Positions 7,468-14,325 of a stretch of 14,325 nt of DNA are shown here, one piece after another. Origin of the DNA: an uncultured Deinococcales bacterium (GTDB taxonomy: Bacteria; Deinococcota; Deinococci; Deinococcales; JAAFIG01); assembly GCA_964244895.1 (NCBI GenBank), contig CAXTKV010000139.1:1-14325 (forward strand), in the 5' to 3' direction. Within the stretch, counting starts at the first letter, position 1. Every line of letters starts with the position of its first letter. The translations under genes were made by a program, and so were the position numbers. The notes under the pieces were generated by a model. The model was given only the letters and a program-made list of their open reading frames with translations, did no database searches and was not told the origin of the DNA.

Positions 7468-7690
7468 AAGACGAACGCTTTGACCTCGCTGATTTTCTCC
7501 ATAAACGGACCGTCCACGCGGATGCCGTTCGTCCCGCCCTCGGTGATCTCGACTTCCGTGTCCTTGCCAAAGCGCTCTTGGAGTTGAGGCTGAGCAAGGC
7601 CAGCAGGTCGCGACGGGCGGCGACGCTGTCAAAGGCGGGTGCAGCGCTACCGCCGCGCACGGCGAATCGGATCGTGATGCGTTTCTGCAT
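7449..7690 (-). pseudogene. Small DinI-like protein gene, frameshifted at ~7591 and 3'-truncated by the inverted repeat
   Basis: ATG 7690 with GAGGT SD. Restoring one base at 7591/7592 gives MQKRITIRFAVRGGSAAPAFDSVAARRDLLALLEPQLQERFGKDTEVEITEGGTNGIRVDGPFMEKISEVKAFV(LVSRKS*). The beta-alpha-beta-beta-alpha pattern and NGIRVDG (cf. NNLSVIG in E. coli DinI) suggest the DinI fold; the family call was made by eye. Confidence 0.5.
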
Positions 7691-7712
7691 TCTCGTAACC
7701 TCGAGCCTGAGT

Positions 7713-7729
7713 TTACGCTATCATCGTAT
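7713..7729. promoter_or_regulatory. Second RDRM-like operator overlapping the -10 of the DinI-like gene
   Basis: TTACGC-TATCA-TCGTAT (core TACG-N7-CGTA; two mismatches in one arm). It overlaps a minus-strand TAAACT at 7710..7715. Confidence 0.5.
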
Positions 7730-7839
7730 TGCCTTGCCGCGCACCCTTGAGCCAGCCCGGAGGCAGCAGGTGCTTTGGCGATCCGGGCAAGGTGCAACTC
7801 GATCCAATGGTTGACCCGCGCGGCCTGAGCCTCCCTGCG

Positions 7840-7860
7840 AACACCGTGCAGAACGGTGTT
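7840..7860. terminator. Perfect 8-bp hairpin directly after the stop of the SH3-like gene; possible terminator or 3' stabiliser
   Basis: AACACCGT-GCAGA-ACGGTGTT; no U-tract on the minus strand. Confidence 0.3.
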
Positions 7861-8097
7861 TCAAGCAGCTCTGGGCGCACGTGTGTAGTCGCGTGGCCAG
7901 CGGTGTTCGAGTTCATCAGGCGCGTGGTACGTCTCGATCCCAGCGTCCCAACCCACGAGCACGGGCTTCGAACCGGTCTCTAGTTTCAGCACCCACCCCA
8001 CCCCGAGCGACGGCTCGCGTCGGTGGCGCACACCGTCACCGACGCGAAATCCAGCATTGAGCCGTGGCTCATTCGGCGTGGGGCGGCGAAGACGCAT
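7861..8097 (-). CDS. Small hypothetical protein with an SH3/KOW-like beta-barrel pattern, 78 aa
   Basis: FRVGDGVRHRREPSLGVGWVLKLETGSKPVLVGWDAGIETYHAPDELE fits an F.VGD.V.H....G.G.V.....V.V.W....LE pattern. GGAGGT SD lies 5 nt before the ATG. Confidence 0.6.
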   Translation of the reverse strand: MRLRRPTPNEPRLNAGFRVGDGVRHRREPSLGVGWVLKLETGSKPVLVGWDAGIETYHAPDELEHRWPRDYTRAPRAA

Positions 8098-8255
8098 TCG
8101 GAACCTCCGAACCTCTATTGTGCGCCCTCCGAGGCAAGCATCGAGTGATCCGCGACGCGTTCGGGGAGAGCAAGCCCTGGCAACCCATCCTCCGGTGGCT
8201 GTGCCGCCCCACCAGGTGGTTCCTCAGCGGCCACCCGTTGCCCCGAAGGCAGACC

Positions 8256-8283
8256 CTGACGTGTACGTTCTTCCGGATAAGAT
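8256..8283 (+). promoter_or_regulatory. Putative promoter of the BREX operon
   Basis: CTGACG-N16-TAAGAT, 12 nt before ATG 8296. Confidence 0.35.
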
Positions 8284-8295
8284 GCTCGATACGCC

Positions 8296-8901
8296 ATGCC
8301 AAACATGTTCGAACTGAAAACACTCTCGGAGCGTCTGGCTGCGCTCGAGTCTGCCGTGACCGATCCGGCATTCCTCAAGGGTGAGGGACTCGGCAACGAA
8401 CTCGGGTTTTTCATCTTTGATTTCGAGCCAAAGTTCGCGCCTCGGGTCGAGGCGCACGTCGGGCGGCTCAAAGCGAAGCTCTCGCGCGAAACCAATCTCA
8501 GGGTGCTCGAGATCGACCTGTTCGATCTCGTCTTGTCGATCCTCGAATCGCGCGGCTTGCTGGAACGGGCGCTCGAACGGGAGCGAACGGAGGGCAGCGA
8601 AAGACTGTTCAAAGCCCTCGCGCCTCTGGTTCGACCCGAGCAGCTCCGCGCGCGCATCGCCCAGATGATCGATCCCTTGCCCGACCTGATCTTCCTGACG
8701 GGCGTTGGGGCCGTCTGGCCGCTGCTGCGCTCGCACACGGTGCTCAACAACCTGCACGAATTGATCGACCGCACGCCTCTGGTGATGTTCTTTCCCGGCG
8801 AGTACGACGGTCAGGAATTGAGGCTCTTAAGCGCGCTCAAAGACGACAACTATTATCGTGCGTTTCCGCTGTTGCCCCGCAGCCCGAGGAGCCTGGAATG
8901 A
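8296..8901 (+). CDS. brxB: BREX protein BrxB (DUF1788)
   Basis: FLKGEGLGNELGFFIFDF, IFLTGVGAVWPLLRSHTVLNNL, PLVMFFPGEYDGQELRL, DDNYYRAF. Stop overlaps the brxC start (ATGA). The start could be ATG 8305. Confidence 0.92.
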   Translation: MPNMFELKTLSERLAALESAVTDPAFLKGEGLGNELGFFIFDFEPKFAPRVEAHVGRLKAKLSRETNLRVLEIDLFDLVLSILESRGLLERALERERTEGSERLFKALAPLVRPEQLRARIAQMIDPLPDLIFLTGVGAVWPLLRSHTVLNNLHELIDRTPLVMFFPGEYDGQELRLLSALKDDNYYRAFPLLPRSPRSLE

Positions 8902-11900
8902 AAATCGCTGAACTCTTTTTGAAGGACATCGCGCGCCCGATCAACGGCGTCATCAAGGTCGGTCAGCAGGATGCGACCAACGTCCAGCAGGAACTCGAGG
9001 AGTACGTCGTCACGAGGGAGCTCGACAAGCACTTTCACACCTTTTTCGACCGCTTTTCCGATGGGCTCGAGCGTCCGAACGGCGATGTGGGCGTGTGGAT
9101 CAGCGGCTTTTTCGGTTCGGGCAAATCGCACTTCTTGAAGATCGTCTCGTACCTGCTCGAGAACCGTATAGCGGGCGGTCAGCGTGCAGTTGAGTATTTC
9201 GACGACGGCCTCAAGCTCGACGATCCGATGCTGCTCGGGAACCTCAAGAAGACGGCCAACGCTTCAATCGACGTGATCCTGTTCAATATCGATTCCAAAG
9301 CCGATGCGAACGCAAAACAGGACAAGGACAGCATCGTTAAGGTCTTCCAGAAGGTTTTTGACGAGCACCTGGGCTACTTCGGGACGCTGCCCGGATTGGC
9401 GAACTTCGAGCGGCAGCTCGATGCACGCGGATCGTTCGTGGGCTTCAAGACCGCCTTTGAACGGATCGCTGGGCAACCCTGGGTCGGGGTGCGCGACGGC
9501 TGGGCCTTCGAGCGCGACAGCATCATTCAGTCGCTCCAGGACGGGGCGGGCATGACCGAGAGCGCGGCGGTCGCGGCCTTCGAGTCGTGCGACAAGGATC
9601 CGGTCTTGAGCGTCGAGGGGTTTGCCAAGACTGTCAACGCGTACCTCGAGACGAAGCCCAAGGCGCACCGGATCGCGTTCATGGTCGACGAGGTCGGGCA
9701 GTACATCGGCGAGGATTCTCGGCTGATGCTGAACCTGCAAACGGTCGTCGAGGACCTGGCGGTGCTGACCGGCGGGCGGGCCTGGGTGGTGGTCACGTCG
9801 CAGGAGGCGATGGATCAGATCACCAAGAACATGCGCGGCAACGACTTCTCGAAGATCCAGGGGCGCTTCAAGCACCGCATCAACCTCTCGAGCACCAACA
9901 CCGACGAGGTCATCAAATTGCGGTTGCTGCGCAAGACGGACGCCGCGCACTCGGCCCTGGAAGCCCTGTACGCCGCGAAGTCGGCGGTGCTGAAGAACCA
10001 GATCGCCTTCACCGACGGGGCCGAGTTGCCCGGATACCGCAGCGAGGCGGATTTCGTGGGTGCGTACCCGTTCGTGCCGTACCAGTTCAACCTCTTGCAG
10101 AAGGTCTTCACGCAGATCCGCATCATGGGCGCGGCGGGCAAGCACCTGGCCGAGGGCGAGCGATCCTTGCTGGACGCGTTCCAGGCGGCGGCGCGCTTCG
10201 TCGCGGATCGGCCCCTGGGGGCGCTCGCGCCATTCAACGCGTTTTACGAGGCGATTCAGAACTTCGTGGACGGCGGCATCAAGCGCGTGATCGACCAGGC
10301 GGGCCAGAACGCGCAGCTCGAGGCGTTCGACGTGGAACTGCTGAAGACCATGTTCATGGTCAAGTACGTCAAGGAGTTGCCCGCCAGCCTCGAGAACCTG
10401 ACGACGCTGCACGTCTCCGAGATCGAGGAGGACAAGCTCGCGTTGCGCGAGCGGGTTGCGGCCTCGCTCGCGCGGCTCGAGAAGCAGACGCTGATCCAAC
10501 GGCAGGGCGACCGCTACGAGTTCTTGACCAACGAGGAACAGGATGTCGGGCGCGAGATCAAGGGAACCAACGTCGATCCGGGCGAGGTCGCGGCGGAGCT
10601 TCAGAAGCTCGCCTGGGACGGCGTGATCCGCGAGCGCAAATTCAAGTTCTCGAACCGCCACACCTACGAGTTCAACCGCAAGCTCGACGATCAGCTTTTC
10701 GGCAAGCAGGTCAGCGATCTTGGAGTTCACATCGTCACGCCTTACGCCAGCCGATACCGCGAGTTGCAGTCCAACCAGGCGTGCCTGCTCGAGACGGGCA
10801 ACGGCCTGGAGGTTCTGGTGCGCCTGCCGGAAAACAACGGCATCATCGCGGAGGCCATCGAGTACGTGCAGACCGACAAGTACCTGCGCCGCAAGAGCGG
10901 CACGAACCTGACGGCGACCGCCCGCACGATCCTTCAAGGGCGCGGCGAGGAGAACTCCCGGCGCGCGGAACGGCTCGAGCACGCGGTCGAACAGGCGATC
11001 GCTCAGGCGGACGTGTTCGCCAACGGAGCGCAGGTTGAGGTAAAGACGCGAGAGGCCAGGAGCGTCGTCCAGGAGGGGCTTCGAAGCCTGGTGACGAACA
11101 CGTACAACAAGCTCGATCTGATCCGCAGCGCCTTCGACACCGACGAGCAGATCGCCAGGGCGTTGACGGCGGATTCGAGCCTGGTAGCGCTGGACGGCTC
11201 GCACGCCAACGCTGGGGCGCACGCGGAGATCGCCGCCTGGCTCGAGGATCAGGCGCGACGCCAGCAGCGCGTGACGATGCGCGCGCTGATCGATCACTTC
11301 GGTTCGCGCCCGTTCGGCTGGATGGAACTGGACACGCTGGGCGCGATGGCGGAACTGATTAACGCGGGCCGGGTCGAGTTGCGGCTCGCGCAGGGCGCGG
11401 TCAACCCCGCCGAACGCGGCCTGGTGGCGAAGATCCGCTCGAAAGCCGGGCTCGAGGAGTACACGGTGCGGTTGTCCGAGACGGTGGATTCCGGCGATCT
11501 GGTCGCGGCCCGCAGGCTGGCGCGCGACCTGCTGGACGAGATCAGCCCGCCGACCGAGACGCCCAAATTGCTGGCCGTGTACCGACTGAAGCTCACCGAG
11601 AAACGCGAGCGGCTCGAGGGCTGGGCGAAGCTCGCCAGCGAGCGAGCGTACCCGTTCCGTGAGGATCTGGAGGCGAGCGCGAAGCGGCTGGGCGATCTGT
11701 TGAAGGCCGACACGCCCGCCCCGTTCTTCGCGGGCGTCAAGGCGAACGAGGCCGCGCTCGAGGCGTTGATCGACGCGGAGGGCAAGTGGAAGGCGTTCTT
11801 CGAGAAGCAGGTCAAGCTCTTCGATTCCGCCCGCGAAGACTTGAAGGTGCTCGAGCCGGATCTGCACCACGTCGCGGACGCGGCCCTGATCGAGCGTGTC

Positions 11901-12425
11901 AACCAGGCGCGCGCCATCCTGGGTTTGCCCGATCCGACCTCCCGCATTCCGAACCTGCCGGGCTTGCTCGAGCCGTTGAAGAAGCACGTGGCGGGCTTGC
12001 TCGAGTCGCGCAAGGCCGAGTTCCTGGCGCGCGCCGGGACGCTGCGATCCGGGATCGATGACGTGGCGGCAAAACTGGATGCCGCCGAGGTCAGCAGGTC
12101 GCTCGAGCCGTTCGCGCGCGCGCTGGACGGTCTTCGCAACGCCTCGAGCATGGATGCGGCCATCGCGCGCAACGCGGAACTCGAGGATGCGCTGGGCAAG
12201 TCCAGATCCGCCGTGATTGCGCGCATCAACCACGCCGTCCAGGACGCGAACAGCAACGGGAACACCGTTCGGGACGGTGTTCTCGTCAGGCCAATCGTGA
12301 GTGTACGCGCCAAGGATCTGATCGGGGGCGTGATCGAGACGCCCGAGCAACTCGAGGCGTTCATGCTGGCCTTGCGCGAGCGTCTGACCCGAGAACTCGA
12401 GACGCACAACATTTCCATCGAATGA
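8898..12425 (+). CDS. brxC: BREX system P-loop ATPase BrxC
   Basis: RPINGVIKV, ELEEYVVT, Walker A VWISGFFGSGKSHFLK, Walker B FMVDEVGQY, VVVTSQE, FSKIQGRF, YPFVPYQF; 1175 aa; lies between brxB and pglX. Confidence 0.96.
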   Translation: MKIAELFLKDIARPINGVIKVGQQDATNVQQELEEYVVTRELDKHFHTFFDRFSDGLERPNGDVGVWISGFFGSGKSHFLKIVSYLLENRIAGGQRAVEYFDDGLKLDDPMLLGNLKKTANASIDVILFNIDSKADANAKQDKDSIVKVFQKVFDEHLGYFGTLPGLANFERQLDARGSFVGFKTAFERIAGQPWVGVRDGWAFERDSIIQSLQDGAGMTESAAVAAFESCDKDPVLSVEGFAKTVNAYLETKPKAHRIAFMVDEVGQYIGEDSRLMLNLQTVVEDLAVLTGGRAWVVVTSQEAMDQITKNMRGNDFSKIQGRFKHRINLSSTNTDEVIKLRLLRKTDAAHSALEALYAAKSAVLKNQIAFTDGAELPGYRSEADFVGAYPFVPYQFNLLQKVFTQIRIMGAAGKHLAEGERSLLDAFQAAARFVADRPLGALAPFNAFYEAIQNFVDGGIKRVIDQAGQNAQLEAFDVELLKTMFMVKYVKELPASLENLTTLHVSEIEEDKLALRERVAASLARLEKQTLIQRQGDRYEFLTNEEQDVGREIKGTNVDPGEVAAELQKLAWDGVIRERKFKFSNRHTYEFNRKLDDQLFGKQVSDLGVHIVTPYASRYRELQSNQACLLETGNGLEVLVRLPENNGIIAEAIEYVQTDKYLRRKSGTNLTATARTILQGRGEENSRRAERLEHAVEQAIAQADVFANGAQVEVKTREARSVVQEGLRSLVTNTYNKLDLIRSAFDTDEQIARALTADSSLVALDGSHANAGAHAEIAAWLEDQARRQQRVTMRALIDHFGSRPFGWMELDTLGAMAELINAGRVELRLAQGAVNPAERGLVAKIRSKAGLEEYTVRLSETVDSGDLVAARRLARDLLDEISPPTETPKLLAVYRLKLTEKRERLEGWAKLASERAYPFREDLEASAKRLGDLLKADTPAPFFAGVKANEAALEALIDAEGKWKAFFEKQVKLFDSAREDLKVLEPDLHHVADAALIERVNQARAILGLPDPTSRIPNLPGLLEPLKKHVAGLLESRKAEFLARAGTLRSGIDDVAAKLDAAEVSRSLEPFARALDGLRNASSMDAAIARNAELEDALGKSRSAVIARINHAVQDANSNGNTVRDGVLVRPIVSVRAKDLIGGVIETPEQLEAFMLALRERLTRELETHNISIE

Positions 12426-12480
12426 CGTCTGCAAGATTCCAGACCCGCCCGAGCCACTTCAAACACCCGCGAGGTTGACC

Positions 12481-14325
12481 ATGAATCGCACTTCGATCAA
12501 GACCTTCGCCACCTGGGCGCGACGCACCCTGACCGAGCAAGTGCAGTCCAGGGCCGCGCAGTTCGGCATCACGCCGGGCGGCATCGCGGCGTACACGACC
12601 GTCTCGGGCGGGTTGATCGTCAACGGCGCGACCTTGAACGCGGACGAGGCCGCGCAGTACATCGGTTTGCTCGAGCGCCTGACGGAACTCCAGCGCACGG
12701 AACGCAACCTGGCCGAAGCCATCGACGCGCTGGTCAACGAGGTCGCGTACACGTGGTTCAACCGCTTCACCGCGCTGCGCTTCATGGAGGTCAACGGCTA
12801 CATCCCGCGCGCCATCGGCTCGAGCGACCCGAACCTGAAAGACCCGGACTTGCTGCGCGACGCGACGGGCCTGGTGCAGAACGGGGATCTGGGCGGCGTC
12901 AGCCTCGAGCGACTGGACGAATGGCGACGCTTGTACGACGCCGAGGGCGTGTACCGCCGCCTGCTGGTGGCCCAATGCGACGCGCTGGCGGTCGGGTTGC
13001 CGTTCCTGTTCAGCCCATCCCTCAGCTACACCGCGCTGTTCCTGCCACCGAACCTGCTGCACACCGAGAGCCTGATCCGCCACCTCGAGCGCGACATCAC
13101 AGAAGACGACTGGAAGGACATCGAGATCGTCGGCTGGTTGTACCAGTTCTACATCAGCGAAGAAAAAGACCGCGTCATCGGCGGCAAAGGCAAATACCCG
13201 GCGCACGACATCCCCGCCGCCACACAGTTGTTCACGCCGCACTGGATCGTGCGCTACATGGTCGAGAACAGCCTGGGCCGACTGTGGCTCGAGGCGCACC
13301 CGGAATCCGGCCTGCGCGATCACATGCCGTACTACCTGGAATCCCACCCGGACAACCCGAAGCCCGACCCGAACCCCACCCTGCGCCCCGAGGACTTGAC
13401 CGTGATGGACCCCGCGTGCGGCAGCGGGCACATCCTGGTGTACGCCTTCGACGTGCTGAACCAGATCTACCTGGAACGCGGGTACGCCGAACGCGACATC
13501 CCCGCGCTGATCCTGGCGCACAACCTGCACGGCCTGGACATCGACGAACGCGCCGCGCAGCTCGCGAGTTTTGCGGTCATGATGAAAGCTCGCGCCCGCA
13601 ACCGCCGCGCGCTGCGCGAACCACCCCAATTGCAGATCCTAGCCGTGCGACCCACGCGCCACATCAAGCTCGAGGCCCCGGCCTTGCCCACCCCGCAATC
13701 CGGTTTTTTCGATGCGAAGCCCGCCGCGCCCCAACCGTTGTGGACGCAGACGATCAACCCGAGCGACTGGAAGCCCCTGCTGGACGCCTTCCGCGACGCC
13801 GACAACCTGGGCAGCCTGATCACGCCGCCCGCGTTCGATGACCAGAAGCTGGAATCGCAACTGCGCGCCCTGGAATCCGAGGGCGGTTTTTTTGCCGATG
13901 CCCTCGCGCCCGAATTGCGCCACACCCTCGCGCAAGCGCGTTTGCTGTCCACGCAGTACGCGGCAGTCGTAGCGAACCCGCCGTACATGGGGAGCTCGAG
14001 CTTCAACGTCACCTTGAAGATGTTCGTGGAAAAGAGTTACCCGCGCAGCAAGTCCGATCTGTTCGCCGCCTTCATGGAGCGTTGCCTCGAGTTCACCGTC
14101 CCGAAAGGTCGGATGGCGACGATCAACCAGCACTCGTGGATGTTCCTCTCGAGCTACGAGGCGCTACGAAAGAACGTGATCGAGCAATACGCGATTCAGA
14201 GCATGGCGCATCTTGGGCCTCGAGCGTTTCCCGAGATCGGCGGCGAGGTCGTTCAATCCACGGCGTTTGTTCTCGAGAAGCGCATTCCAAAAGACGAACG
14301 TGGCGTGTATGTGCGCCTCGTGGAT
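12481..14325 (+). CDS. pglX: BREX-1 adenine-specific DNA methyltransferase PglX (BrxX); runs off the right edge of the window
   Basis: Absent from the ORF track because it has no stop in the window. Open from ATG 12481 (GAGGT SD): MNRTSIKTFATWARR, EVAYTWFNRFTALRFMEVNGY, GWLYQFY, IPAATQLFTPHWIVRYMVENSLG, motif I DPACGSGHIL, motif IV VVANPPYMG, SWMFLSSYE. Confidence 0.96.
   Translation, partial: MNRTSIKTFATWARRTLTEQVQSRAAQFGITPGGIAAYTTVSGGLIVNGATLNADEAAQYIGLLERLTELQRTERNLAEAIDALVNEVAYTWFNRFTALRFMEVNGYIPRAIGSSDPNLKDPDLLRDATGLVQNGDLGGVSLERLDEWRRLYDAEGVYRRLLVAQCDALAVGLPFLFSPSLSYTALFLPPNLLHTESLIRHLERDITEDDWKDIEIVGWLYQFYISEEKDRVIGGKGKYPAHDIPAATQLFTPHWIVRYMVENSLGRLWLEAHPESGLRDHMPYYLESHPDNPKPDPNPTLRPEDLTVMDPACGSGHILVYAFDVLNQIYLERGYAERDIPALILAHNLHGLDIDERAAQLASFAVMMKARARNRRALREPPQLQILAVRPTRHIKLEAPALPTPQSGFFDAKPAAPQPLWTQTINPSDWKPLLDAFRDADNLGSLITPPAFDDQKLESQLRALESEGGFFADALAPELRHTLAQARLLSTQYAAVVANPPYMGSSSFNVTLKMFVEKSYPRSKSDLFAAFMERCLEFTVPKGRMATINQHSWMFLSSYEALRKNVIEQYAIQSMAHLGPRAFPEIGGEVVQSTAFVLEKRIPKDERGVYVRLVD

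Larger units (their letters stand above)
36..14277. repeat. Highly iterated palindrome CTCGAG dispersed through the window
   Basis: About 78 copies by manual count against roughly 5 expected from base composition; found in several reading frames. Confidence 0.85.

Noticed and set aside
7304..7814. ORFs 7304..7690 (-), 7368..7814 (+) and 7456..7797 (-) as intact genes
   Set aside because: Better explained by one frameshifted small minus-strand gene and its shadows.
9264..12434. 1056-aa minus-strand ORF, plus 11294..12466, 9587..11038, 12361..13629 and 12753..13841
   Set aside because: Antisense or alternate-frame shadows of brxC and pglX, expected in high-GC DNA; no recognisable motifs.
13700..13895. 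T6 and T7 runs in pglX as phase-variation tracts
   Set aside because: Short, in frame, and explained by Gly-Phe-Phe codons.
1..14325. CRISPR array, tRNA/rRNA, integrase or transposase genes
   Set aside because: No regularly spaced repeats, RNA-gene signatures or recombinase motifs seen; CTCGAG spacing is irregular.

Overview
High-GC window, probably from a member of the Deinococcota (inferred from two RDRM/DdrO-type boxes and an ImuY-type gene). It has three blocks. (1) A DNA-damage module: a 3'-partial, apparently catalytically dead ImuB/ImuY Y-family protein (1..1094, -) is divergent from a SRAP/YedK gene (1309..1956, +), with a 17-bp RDRM-like operator between them. A frameshifted DinI-like small gene (7449..7690, -) has its own RDRM-like box. 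(2) A ~5.5-kb cassette without a transposase (1945..7467), bounded by Tn3-like inverted repeats. It lies between SRAP and the DinI-like gene and carries a 1283-aa STAND/NLR-like NTPase and a standalone TIR protein, together a candidate uncharacterised two-gene antiphage system. (3) The start of a type 1 BREX locus (brxB, brxC, 3'-partial pglX) with no brxA in front. The palindrome CTCGAG is strongly over-represented (about 78 copies by manual count) and its density differs between blocks. Most other ORFs in the track are antisense or alternate-frame shadows.
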